64,000 nt of DNA from a virus: the IMG/VR virus record IMGVR_UViG_3300028844_008248; one strand, written 5' to 3'. Of the stretch, positions 37,483-45,560 are shown piece by piece. Position numbers and translations under genes: made by a program. Under the pieces are notes generated by a model, which ran no database searches, had not been told where the DNA came from, and saw nothing but the letters and a program-made list of their open reading frames with translations. Within the stretch, counting starts at the first letter, position 1. Each line of letters opens with the position of its first letter.

Positions 37483-37730
37483 AGTTGTACAGTTTCTGTT
37501 TTTTGTTCGACTTCCAGAGATTCAGAATTTAATATCAACGTGTCTTCTTGTTGTTTTCTAATACCTTCCAAGATAGCTCGTTTCTGCTCCCTAGCGGTAA
37601 ACACTTGATGATTGTCCAGAGTTTCTTTCATACCATTTCTTCTAATATTTCTAGTAACTCTTTTTTTATTGAGTTTCTTCTGTTTTTTATTACTTAATTT
37701 TTTATTATTTTTGTTCATACATTCCTTCAT
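37479..37730 (-). CDS. Highly basic small protein, 83 aa
   Basis: K/R-rich N-terminus. Confidence 0.4.
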   Translation of the reverse strand: MKECMNKNNKKLSNKKQKKLNKKRVTRNIRRNGMKETLDNHQVFTAREQKRAILEGIRKQQEDTLILNSESLEVEQKTETVQL

Positions 37731-37884
37731 TTGTTATAATACAGTGTAACATAATTAAGGCCGAATGTCAACATATTATTTTATTAAAAAAGACCTCGAA
37801 CCACCCAACCAAAACAGAATATCATAGCCATCAAAAATATTCCTGTCGTTAATTGTGATTTATCATCTTCTGGATCATCCATAA

Positions 37885-39123
37885 TTAATCTCCCTTTATA
37901 TTCAATATCTGTTTTAGTGTATGTACAATATCAACCAAATCTTTTTGATTTTCCATAACAACATCAATATCTTTATATGCATCAGGAATTTCATCAATAA
38001 CGGATTGCCTCGTGTTACATACAATTCCTTCCATACGTTCTTCTAAATCTTCAAGAGTATATAAAGTTTTTGCTTTTGATCGTGAGAATCTTCTACCTGC
38101 ACCATGAGAACATGAATTAAAAGATTCTTGATTTCCCTTTCCACGTACAATAAAAGATTTCGCTCCCATAGAGCCGGGTATAATACCCATAGTTCCGGTG
38201 GAAGCATTAACAGCACCTTTGCGGGTAATCCATACATTTTTGCCATAGTGATGTTCTTTGGATACATAATTATGATGACATTGAACAACAGAATCTTTTA
38301 TAATAATATCCTTCTTATTCGAAAATAAATGATAAAACACCCCAAGAATTTGATCCATCATAACCTGTCGATTGTAATATGCATATTGTTGTGCAAGATT
38401 TAATGCTTCGACATATTCATCAAAATATACTGTACCTTCCGATAAGTAAGACAAATCTGCATCGGGAAGATTAATAAAATGTCGTTCCATATCTTTTTTT
38501 GCCAATTTTATATAGTGTTGTCCTATTCTATTTCCAAGATTTCTAGAACCAGAGTGTAGCATAATCCAAATATTATCCGATTCATCAACACACACTTCAA
38601 TAAAATGATTTCCACCACCCAGCGTACCAAGTCGGGAATATCCGTTTTCAAGAATTCGCTCTTTCATTTTTCGATCAGATATAATATGGTCAAATCCGTT
38701 TTCAAACATATTTTTCCATAATTTATCTCGGCTTCTACCCTTCGTGAACTCGTACTTGTTAGATTTAGAATCCTGAAACGATCTTTGATATCCAGATTTT
38801 CCACAAGGAACATTTTTAATTATTCTGTTGTGTAATAAATCTAACGTATTTTCTTTTAAGTCATGAGATGTCAGGTTTGTTTGTACCGCCATCATACCAC
38901 ACCCAATATCAACTCCAACAGAAGCAGGTACAATTGCGCCCGAAGTTGGAATAACCGAACCAACACATGCACCTTTGCCCAAATGAGCATCCGGCATTAC
39001 CGCAATATGTTTATGTATGAATGGAAGATTGGACATATGTTCTAATTGATCGTATGTAACCGAATCAATATCTTCAGTCCAAATCTTTACCGGGAATTTA
39101 CCCTTTGTCATTACCTGTTTCAT
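37885..39123 (-). CDS. rtcB: RNA-splicing/repair ligase RtcB (3'-phosphate/5'-OH RNA ligase), 412 aa
   Basis: Diagnostic …MPDAHLGKGACVGSV…, …HSGSRNLGN…, C-terminal …NSCSHGAGR… metal-binding motifs of RtcB. Confidence 0.85.
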   Translation of the reverse strand: MKQVMTKGKFPVKIWTEDIDSVTYDQLEHMSNLPFIHKHIAVMPDAHLGKGACVGSVIPTSGAIVPASVGVDIGCGMMAVQTNLTSHDLKENTLDLLHNRIIKNVPCGKSGYQRSFQDSKSNKYEFTKGRSRDKLWKNMFENGFDHIISDRKMKERILENGYSRLGTLGGGNHFIEVCVDESDNIWIMLHSGSRNLGNRIGQHYIKLAKKDMERHFINLPDADLSYLSEGTVYFDEYVEALNLAQQYAYYNRQVMMDQILGVFYHLFSNKKDIIIKDSVVQCHHNYVSKEHHYGKNVWITRKGAVNASTGTMGIIPGSMGAKSFIVRGKGNQESFNSCSHGAGRRFSRSKAKTLYTLEDLEERMEGIVCNTRQSVIDEIPDAYKDIDVVMENQKDLVDIVHTLKQILNIKGD

Positions 39124-39134
39124 TTATAACCTCT

Positions 39135-39323
39135 CTAATATGCAATTGCAAAATATAATACATAAAACCAACTAAAAAATCCATGCAATATTGCCCAACC
39201 AATATGATTCCAAGTCGAGTATGAAATTACAATAGCTAACACACAACCAAATCCAATTCCATCTGATACATCTATTTCAGTAGCCATATTATTTCTCTCC
39301 AACTCGATTAATACTGACCGCAA
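39135..39323 (-). CDS. Small membrane protein, 62 aa
   Basis: Hydrophobic. Confidence 0.35.
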   Translation of the reverse strand: MRSVLIELERNNMATEIDVSDGIGFGCVLAIVISYSTWNHIGWAILHGFFSWFYVLYFAIAY

Positions 39324-39489
39324 GTTTTTTATTCTTGGTTTTTCGTATGATATATTCTTCCTTCAATTTTTTATATCCATTTTTATCGGATATATCATAA
39401 CGAGTTATTTTAATTCCATTTTCTTTTCGTACTGTTTTCGTATCTTCATACGATTTGAAAACCATATTATACGCCATATAAAACTCCAT
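39289..39489 (-). CDS. Hypothetical protein, 66 aa
   Basis: ORF. Confidence 0.35.
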   Translation of the reverse strand: MEFYMAYNMVFKSYEDTKTVRKENGIKITRYDISDKNGYKKLKEEYIIRKTKNKKLAVSINRVGEK

Positions 39490-39515
39490 GTTAAAATTAA
39501 ACCAGACTCATACTA

Positions 39516-40421
39516 TCATACAACTTCTGGTTTGTCCATTATAAAATGGGCATAATCCAATAATTCTTCTTTATTTAATTCAAACTCTTCATGAAGTTCG
39601 GTAAGCTTTTTAAGAACTTTTCCAAGTCTCGATCCACTGGAATATCCAAGCTTCAATAAATCCTTACCATTAACCACTGGTGCAGGTTTTTCCTCTAATA
39701 CATCTAAGTCCGTTGCTTGGCTTTCTAACCATCCTGCAAAAGAGAAATCAACTTTTTCTACTGGCGTTCCTCGACCAGCCTGATCAGCTTTCGCTACCCA
39801 AAGTAATTCTGATAACGTTGCTGGATGAAGATTTCTTGCAAGTCGTTTGACCGCACCTTTACCAGCTTTATCTTTATACAAGGTAACAGGCTTCAGATGG
39901 TACTCTACCAACTTCAAAACTTTTGCTGTTGTGGCTTGGTCTACATTTAGTTTTTCGAGAAAGGTTTTAGTAGGAGCCAAACCAGCTTCTTCATGCCCTC
40001 GTGCGAAAGTATCCCATCCACCAACAAAAACTTTTTCCCCAGATTTAAATCCACCATCTTTTACCACTTTCAACACTGGATTATCATACCAAGTAACTTC
40101 TGGCTTTCCTAAGTCATGGCATAATACCGCAAGAAACAAGGTGAACCTTTGCCCATCTTCTAGATCAGAATCGCTTAAAAGCTCACTCAGAGCGTCTACG
40201 ACCATTTTAGTATGGGTCCATACATCACCTTCTGGATGCCAATCAGGACTTTGAAGCGTATCTGCCATATGCCTGAATTCTGGAAAAGTCTTATCAAAGA
40301 GTCCCAAATCCCATGCCAATTGAAGTCCAACAGATGGTTTTGGAGACTTCAAAAAAAGCTTCTTAAACTCTTCTGCAAACCTCTCTTTAGATACTGTATT
40401 TAATGTGTCAGTCATTTTCAT
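39516..40421 (-). CDS. tRNA nucleotidyltransferase (CCA-adding enzyme) C-terminal half: body + HD domain, 301 aa
   Basis: …ERFAEEFKKLFLKSPKPSVGLQLAWDLGLFDKTFPEF… (body) and …LAVLCHDLGKP… (HD motif); own SD GGAG and weak promoter. Confidence 0.7.
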   Translation of the reverse strand: MKMTDTLNTVSKERFAEEFKKLFLKSPKPSVGLQLAWDLGLFDKTFPEFRHMADTLQSPDWHPEGDVWTHTKMVVDALSELLSDSDLEDGQRFTLFLAVLCHDLGKPEVTWYDNPVLKVVKDGGFKSGEKVFVGGWDTFARGHEEAGLAPTKTFLEKLNVDQATTAKVLKLVEYHLKPVTLYKDKAGKGAVKRLARNLHPATLSELLWVAKADQAGRGTPVEKVDFSFAGWLESQATDLDVLEEKPAPVVNGKDLLKLGYSSGSRLGKVLKKLTELHEEFELNKEELLDYAHFIMDKPEVV

Positions 40422-40452
40422 AACTCCATTAGAACATTATTTAGGCTAATTG

Positions 40453-40830
40453 TCAAGTATTTTTTTGATCATCCATTGTTATTTTATTGTCGCCACGAAA
40501 AAAATAATTTAATCGTTTATCCCGTACTCTTTGTTTATCCCGTACTCTAGAAACACTCCATATCCCATCTTTATTTTCTTTATATACAAAAAATCTAAAT
40601 TTATTTGCAATACAAGTAGATCGTTTTACTACATTGTCTGACGCTCTTTTTTTATTATATTTTGCTATTGCCAGTAAATAGTTCCAATTATATTTTTCTA
40701 GAGTTGTTTTGGCTTCGTATAGACCACAACCAGTTTTGGTGCGAAATTTTCTTAGCTGGCTAATTTTATCTCTATTAGTCATTCGAGTCCTCACTCCAAT
40801 CATAATCATCAATACATCCACCATCTTCAC
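40453..40830 (-). CDS. Insert ORF 1 within split CCA gene, 125 aa (EF-Ts-N/UBA-like segment TKTGCGLYEAKTTLEKYNWNYLLAI)
   Basis: ORF within 1.1-kb insertion. Confidence 0.4.
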   Translation of the reverse strand: MKMVDVLMIMIGVRTRMTNRDKISQLRKFRTKTGCGLYEAKTTLEKYNWNYLLAIAKYNKKRASDNVVKRSTCIANKFRFFVYKENKDGIWSVSRVRDKQRVRDKRLNYFFRGDNKITMDDQKNT

Positions 40831-40957
40831 AATTCGGACAATAGTGAACTAGATATTCTGGATTTTCCCAACCCTCAGATACCATTTCGCTATCACATTT
40901 GTCAACTGGAAATCTACCGTTGCATTCAGAACAAATTGCAATGTCTGGAATTAACAT
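40775..40957 (-). CDS. Insert ORF 2, zinc ribbon, 60 aa
   Basis: CSECNG … CPNCEDGGC. Confidence 0.35.
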   Translation of the reverse strand: MLIPDIAICSECNGRFPVDKCDSEMVSEGWENPEYLVHYCPNCEDGGCIDDYDWSEDSND

Positions 40958-41253
40958 TGGTTATGATATCTTTGAAGATCATTATAATATTCTGAAAAAT
41001 ATTTTTCTCTTTCGATATTAAGAATAGCAATAATATCATTTAACATATCTGCTGTTTCTAGTTTTCCGTTTTTTGTAAGAGTATTTGGAAGAGTTGCGGA
41101 AAGTGCAGAAACGTCTTCTACATCTATTTTAACCTTAATATTAATATATTTAATATTTCTTTTTTCATATAAGGCATCAAATTCTTCATCTGTCAATGCA
41201 TCAATATCTTCACTGGTCATTTCATCTAATGTTTTCATATTGTTTCTATCCAT
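40951..41253 (-). CDS. Insert ORF 3, 100 aa, hypothetical
   Basis: ORF. Confidence 0.4.
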   Translation of the reverse strand: MDRNNMKTLDEMTSEDIDALTDEEFDALYEKRNIKYINIKVKIDVEDVSALSATLPNTLTKNGKLETADMLNDIIAILNIEREKYFSEYYNDLQRYHNQC

Positions 41254-41555
41254 TTTTCATCAAATTCTTGAGTCGGTAATTGATGTAATTTGAAAAAATC
41301 TTTGTTTTGTGGATAATCTCTAATATATAATCTAGCATAAAAAGGAATTACATTATTACTAATTTTAAATGAAGTTTGTGGTTTCATAGATACGGAAGAT
41401 AAAAATCGTACAACATGCATGATTCCATATGCAGAATATCTTTTTACTCCCCGCCCAATTAATTCATTTGTTTTTTCTTTAAATACTTCATATATTTCTG
41501 GTTTTTCTTTATGAATATCTTTAAATGTTTTCCAATGAGAATTTAGTTTAGTCAT
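41235..41555 (-). CDS. Insert ORF 4, 106 aa, hypothetical
   Basis: ORF. Confidence 0.4.
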   Translation of the reverse strand: MTKLNSHWKTFKDIHKEKPEIYEVFKEKTNELIGRGVKRYSAYGIMHVVRFLSSVSMKPQTSFKISNNVIPFYARLYIRDYPQNKDFFKLHQLPTQEFDEKWIETI

Positions 41556-42178
41556 AAAACAAGCTCCTTCATTTTATTAAAAGTTTCTGGTTCGACAGTC
41601 AATCCAAAACGACCAGCAAATTGAACTCCACGTAATACTCGAAGTGGATCATCACCAAACGTTTCAGGATCGACCATACGCAAAACACGATTTTTCAAAT
41701 CTTTCAATCCACCAAATGGATCGTGCCATCTACCATTAACACAAGGTCCATTTTCGTCTTCATCCCAAAACAATTCCATAGCAACGGCATTTATCGTAAA
41801 ATCTCTTCGCTTCATTGCGTTCTCCAATCCCATGAATGGATTGAGTTTAACATCAAACCCACAATGCCCAGCCTTAGTTTTAGAATCTGTTCTTGGAAGT
41901 GAAAGATCAAAGTCAAGACCATTCATTTTCATTTTATATACTCCAAAAGATTTTCCAACCTTTGAGTATTCTTCACCAGATTCTTCTAGGTAATGTTCGA
42001 ATTCATTTAAACTCATATTGTGGAATTCAACATCGAAATCATTAACATTCTCAAACATATCATCAGGACCATCTAAATCTGAAAGAGAAACCCATGAGTC
42101 ACGGACACAACCACCAACTAAATATAATTTAGCATGTTCTGGAAACATACTCATTAATGTTCTGAATTCTTTTTTCAT
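41552..42178 (-). CDS. tRNA nucleotidyltransferase (CCA-adding enzyme) N-terminal half: head + neck, 208 aa
   Basis: …LVGGCVRDSW… (GGxVRD), DFDVEF carboxylates, …RRDFTINAVAMELF…, …DPLRVLRGVQFAGRFG… class II NTase motifs; ends where body domain should begin. Confidence 0.75.
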   Translation of the reverse strand: MKKEFRTLMSMFPEHAKLYLVGGCVRDSWVSLSDLDGPDDMFENVNDFDVEFHNMSLNEFEHYLEESGEEYSKVGKSFGVYKMKMNGLDFDLSLPRTDSKTKAGHCGFDVKLNPFMGLENAMKRRDFTINAVAMELFWDEDENGPCVNGRWHDPFGGLKDLKNRVLRMVDPETFGDDPLRVLRGVQFAGRFGLTVEPETFNKMKELVL

Positions 42179-42266
42179 GACATTCCTTAAAAATTTTTAT
42201 CAAGTGGCATGGTGCTTGGTTGCCATCGGTGGCCTCTTAGACCTCACATACACACTTGATAAATAA

Positions 42267-42551
42267 TTAACCAACAATTCCATCGATAACTGATACTAGC
42301 ATATCGGCATATACCATGTCAACACTTTTCTTTACTTTGCGTTCTGCTTTCCAATATTGTACAGCTTCAACCGTGTAGAGGTCTTGACCTTCAACATATT
42401 CAATCGTAATCCAACCACGTTTGAGTTTCGTTCCATTGACTCGAAAAGCAAGAGTTGTTCCGTATGCTTTGTATTCTCTTGCGCCCCATGCTCCCAATGC
42501 CCAAAAATCAGTTGCTTTAATTTGGTCTAGAATTGTTTGCTGAACAGACAT
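42267..42551 (-). CDS. Hypothetical early protein (start at second Met after AGGAG; ORF-track start lies in promoter)
   Basis: Promoter 42589-42616; AGGAGATAAAAACATG. Confidence 0.45.
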   Translation of the reverse strand: MSVQQTILDQIKATDFWALGAWGAREYKAYGTTLAFRVNGTKLKRGWITIEYVEGQDLYTVEAVQYWKAERKVKKSVDMVYADMLVSVIDGIVG

Positions 42552-42588
42552 GTTTTTATCTCCTGAATCATTGTTTATCATGTAACCA

Positions 42589-42616
42589 GTATACCAGAGT
42601 TTTATTCGATGTCAAG
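42589..42616 (-). promoter_or_regulatory. Early promoter TTGACA-N16-TATACT (minus)
   Basis: agtataccagagttttattcgatgtcaa. Confidence 0.65.
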
Positions 42617-42863
42617 AATAAACATCAGATTCTTCAATCTTTCTCCCAAGTAATTTCTCTAGCTCTTTCAATTCACGGTTCAATTCAGCAAGTCGGGATC
42701 GAACTCGACCACCTGATAATTCACCATCACAAGTAAGATTTTCTGGAGAAAGGTCACTAAACACCTTTTCAGCCCATACCAAAATCTCTTCTTCGGTCTT
42801 TGGTAATTTTAATGATGGATCGAATATTTTATCCCATAACAAACGTTTCTTCATTTCTTTCAT
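42612..42863 (-). CDS. Hypothetical early protein, 83 aa
   Basis: GGAG SD; promoter 42907-42934. Confidence 0.45.
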   Translation of the reverse strand: MKEMKKRLLWDKIFDPSLKLPKTEEEILVWAEKVFSDLSPENLTCDGELSGGRVRSRLAELNRELKELEKLLGRKIEESDVYS

Positions 42864-42906
42864 TGTTTATCTCCGATAGGGTTAGTCAAATCTCAATTAC
42901 AAAGAT

Positions 42907-42934
42907 AGTATACCAGAGTTTCGGTAGGTGTCAA
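42907..42934 (-). promoter_or_regulatory. Early promoter TTGACA-N16-TATACT (minus)
   Basis: agtataccagagtttcggtaggtgtcaa. Confidence 0.6.
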
Positions 42935-42937
42935 GTT

Positions 42938-43171
42938 TTATTTAACATGCTGTGCAAAATATCTTTCACGTTTCGAGAGTTCATATCCTTTCGGAAGTCC
43001 TACTTTATTAAGAGTTTTGGTATCATGATATTCAGCCGGATAACCTGCTGTGCGAAGCTCTACAACCTGTTTAACGGCTTTATCTCTCGTATCTACAGGA
43101 AAGGCTTTTTTCCACTCAAAATTGGCTGTACCACCAACTCGATAATATGCAGTAAAAGTTCTTTTAGGCAT
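42938..43171 (-). CDS. Hypothetical early protein (start trimmed to MPKRTF… after GGAG)
   Basis: Promoter 43206-43234 overlaps ORF-track N-terminus. Confidence 0.45.
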   Translation of the reverse strand: MPKRTFTAYYRVGGTANFEWKKAFPVDTRDKAVKQVVELRTAGYPAEYHDTKTLNKVGLPKGYELSKRERYFAQHVK

Positions 43172-43205
43172 CTTCAATCTCCTTTGGTTCGGTTGACTAT
43201 GTAAA

Positions 43206-43234
43206 CAGTATAACAGAGTTTCGGAGTATGTCAA
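43206..43234 (-). promoter_or_regulatory. Early promoter TTGACA-N17-TATACT (minus)
   Basis: agtataacagagtttcggagtatgtcaa. Confidence 0.55.
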
Positions 43235-43530
43235 TGTTTATTTTCGGGTATGTAAAAGAAGGTGGGACGTTCTGTTTCTAGGTGTCCCAAGCCCAAGGCA
43301 ACTTTACGCCGCCAATGCTAGATCGTAATCATTTGCATTTATAATCTGATAGATTTTTTACTAGGCCAACTATCATCCTAGTGCTGTCTTAAAGATTATT
43401 ATATCCAATCGAATCCAGTTCGCCCCCATGAAAAAAGTGTATTGCACTTCTCGTTTTGATTATTATCCAATTTCGACATGTCAGAATAATAAACTAGATG
43501 GGGTTTCAACCATGAACAATACACTCTTAT

Positions 43531-43560
43531 GGTGGAGGCGGTGGGTATCGAACCCACGTC
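43531..43560 (-). other. Orphan tRNA 3' fragment (T-arm + acceptor 3' strand + CCA) with no matching 5' half
   Basis: minus strand …CGTGGGTTCGATACCCACCGCCTCCACCA; no complementary GGAGGCG within 150 nt. Confidence 0.45.
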
Positions 43561-43595
43561 TTAAATACTTTCGTCAATAAGATTATACAGCAATA

Positions 43596-43982
43596 TTATA
43601 CTATGTTGTACATACCATCCAATTTTGTAATACCATCTTGAAGATATGTTGGTATTGATTTATGTTCTTTTGTATTATCAAATACTGATAAAAATTTATT
43701 ACCATCTACTCCGGGGTTTGTACAAATCATTGTGAATTCAGGACCACGATAAACCCACTTAGGTAAAAATCGTTGTGTGTATATTCCATCTTGATACCAC
43801 TGACCCAACTCCACAACATCTTTTTTAGATTCCCAATATATTACATGATCTTTTTCAGTCGGATCAATATACCAAAAATAATTTAGTTTTGACTCCATAG
43901 GAATAACAACCCAATCTTCTTGATATCCGAAATATTCATAAATTTCATTTTGTAATTTAAAATATTCACCCAATAATTTCAT
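43596..43982 (-). CDS. Hypothetical protein, 128 aa
   Basis: ORF. Confidence 0.45.
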   Translation of the reverse strand: MKLLGEYFKLQNEIYEYFGYQEDWVVIPMESKLNYFWYIDPTEKDHVIYWESKKDVVELGQWYQDGIYTQRFLPKWVYRGPEFTMICTNPGVDGNKFLSVFDNTKEHKSIPTYLQDGITKLDGMYNIV

Positions 43983-44488
43983 ACAGTAATTCCTTTCTCA
44001 TGTAACTTCGCTTTCAAAGATTCTTCATCATCATCCGTCCAATTATCTTGCCATACTTTCAACAACGTTTTATACACCAGATAATTTGGATAATATTTTG
44101 GAGAATCCCAAATCCAATTATCACTTCGACTACCATTTCTAATAACTGATAACGCACTAGCAACTCCAGAACTACGAGATATTCCAGCATAACAATTCAC
44201 ACAAATTAAATCTATATTATCTTCATAATATTCAGTAAAATCTATAATGTCTCTTGCGTGTGATTCGTTAAATGGAATTATATCAGGATCAATATTACCT
44301 TCCCAATCTTTATTATCACTCACGTCATCAAACGTTAATTGTAATACATCCATCCTGTTTGGATCGGCTAGTAATTCTGCGAACCCATGACTACCATCAG
44401 GATGTTTCCCGGCAATTGATATTAATACATATGGTTGATCCCCGATATATTTTTCTATGTTTTGTTGGCTAAAAATTTTAAATATCAT
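43979..44488 (-). CDS. Cysteine-based phosphatase (dual-specificity/PTP-like, CX5R motif), 169 aa
   Basis: …ICVNCYAGISRSSGVA… = (V/I)xCxAGxxRS P-loop of Cys-phosphatases. Confidence 0.6.
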   Translation of the reverse strand: MIFKIFSQQNIEKYIGDQPYVLISIAGKHPDGSHGFAELLADPNRMDVLQLTFDDVSDNKDWEGNIDPDIIPFNESHARDIIDFTEYYEDNIDLICVNCYAGISRSSGVASALSVIRNGSRSDNWIWDSPKYYPNYLVYKTLLKVWQDNWTDDDEESLKAKLHEKGITV

Positions 44489-44832
44489 TTAATGTCTTCT
44501 CCATATTCAATTTTTAGATTTTCTTCACGCATGGCAACATCCACTATATCATTAATTTTTTTGTTCATTTCATCAAAAGCAGACGCTCTTTTTGCTAACT
44601 CTACTTTTATCCATTGTTTAAATTTATCGTTGTTGGTTAGTCTTTTAAATGCGTTCTTTTTATTTTGTTCAAGACTTTTTGAATCAGCACCAGTAGCCAT
44701 CACCCCACTTGCTCTATGGAATATTCTAACACAATTTTTGTGTTTGTTTCTGTGTTGTCCACCAGCACCAGACCCAGAATAAAAACTGATCTCAAAATCC
44801 TTTTTTGTCATTCCAAATATATGTTCTCTCAT
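44485..44832 (-). CDS. Peptidyl-tRNA hydrolase, ArfB/ICT1-like release-factor-family GGQ protein, 115 aa
   Basis: …SGSGAGGQHRNKHKNCVRIFH… GGQ motif + basic C-terminal tail. Confidence 0.65.
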   Translation of the reverse strand: MREHIFGMTKKDFEISFYSGSGAGGQHRNKHKNCVRIFHRASGVMATGADSKSLEQNKKNAFKRLTNNDKFKQWIKVELAKRASAFDEMNKKINDIVDVAMREENLKIEYGEDIK

Positions 44833-45239
44833 TACATTTCTATATATCTATTATCAGATATATCCAAGTCGGTATGATATTCGGGTTCGATTACTATTAT
44901 ATTTCTTTCATTACAAATACTTTTCATATTCGCTGTTCCATTTCCACCCGGAAACGCAATTGCAAAATCTGGTTTGGTATCAGCCATTTCTTTGTTACGA
45001 ATTCGACCAGCCATATATCTACCATATTTTTTCCACTTGGCATATATAATCTGATGATCTACTTTGTTATGTTCGGCCCAACATGCGGCTAACGTATCTG
45101 CTCCAGAGGCTCCACCCAAGACTAATGAAATCTCTTCATTATAATCAACGTAATATTTATTTAATATCAAATCAATAAATTCATTATCTGTAAAATCCCT
45201 ACCACCTGTTATCAAAATTTTTATTTTCATACGTTCCAT
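44832..45239 (-). CDS. SLOG/LOG-like Rossmann-fold protein (DUF2493-like), 135 aa
   Basis: …KILITGGRDF… …LVLGGASGADTLAACWA… …AFPGGNGT… Gly-rich nucleotide-binding-loop pattern. Confidence 0.4.
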   Translation of the reverse strand: MERMKIKILITGGRDFTDNEFIDLILNKYYVDYNEEISLVLGGASGADTLAACWAEHNKVDHQIIYAKWKKYGRYMAGRIRNKEMADTKPDFAIAFPGGNGTANMKSICNERNIIVIEPEYHTDLDISDNRYIEM

Positions 45240-45505
45240 TCGTTCTTGTCGTCTAGTTCAAGTTGAACTACTACTGGTGGATGTTCTTCAACATCGATTA
45301 TATGCATCTCAATATTATCTAGGATTTTTTTATTAAATTTTTTATCTTCTTCTTGTTCTTCTTCATCCCAATGGTGGTTTGATATAGACCGTAACTTACA
45401 AGTTCTCAGATGAAGTTTTAAATGCCCCGGATTAACCCAAACTTTTTTATGATAGGTTCCAGAATCTTTATATTTTATCAGATATAATTTCATAATAAAT
45501 TCCAA
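45227..45505 (-). CDS. Hypothetical protein, 92 aa
   Basis: ORF. Confidence 0.4.
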   Translation of the reverse strand: MEFIMKLYLIKYKDSGTYHKKVWVNPGHLKLHLRTCKLRSISNHHWDEEEQEEDKKFNKKILDNIEMHIIDVEEHPPVVVQLELDDKNEWNV

Positions 45506-45560
45506 AAAAAGAAAAGGTGGGTAAAGTCTCTACCCACCTTTTATATTATGCCAGATAGGA

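Noticed and set aside
43531-43560. tRNA fragment as an attP or integration site, implying a prophage
   Set aside because: No integrase or recombinase is in the window and the genome is T4-like lytic in organisation
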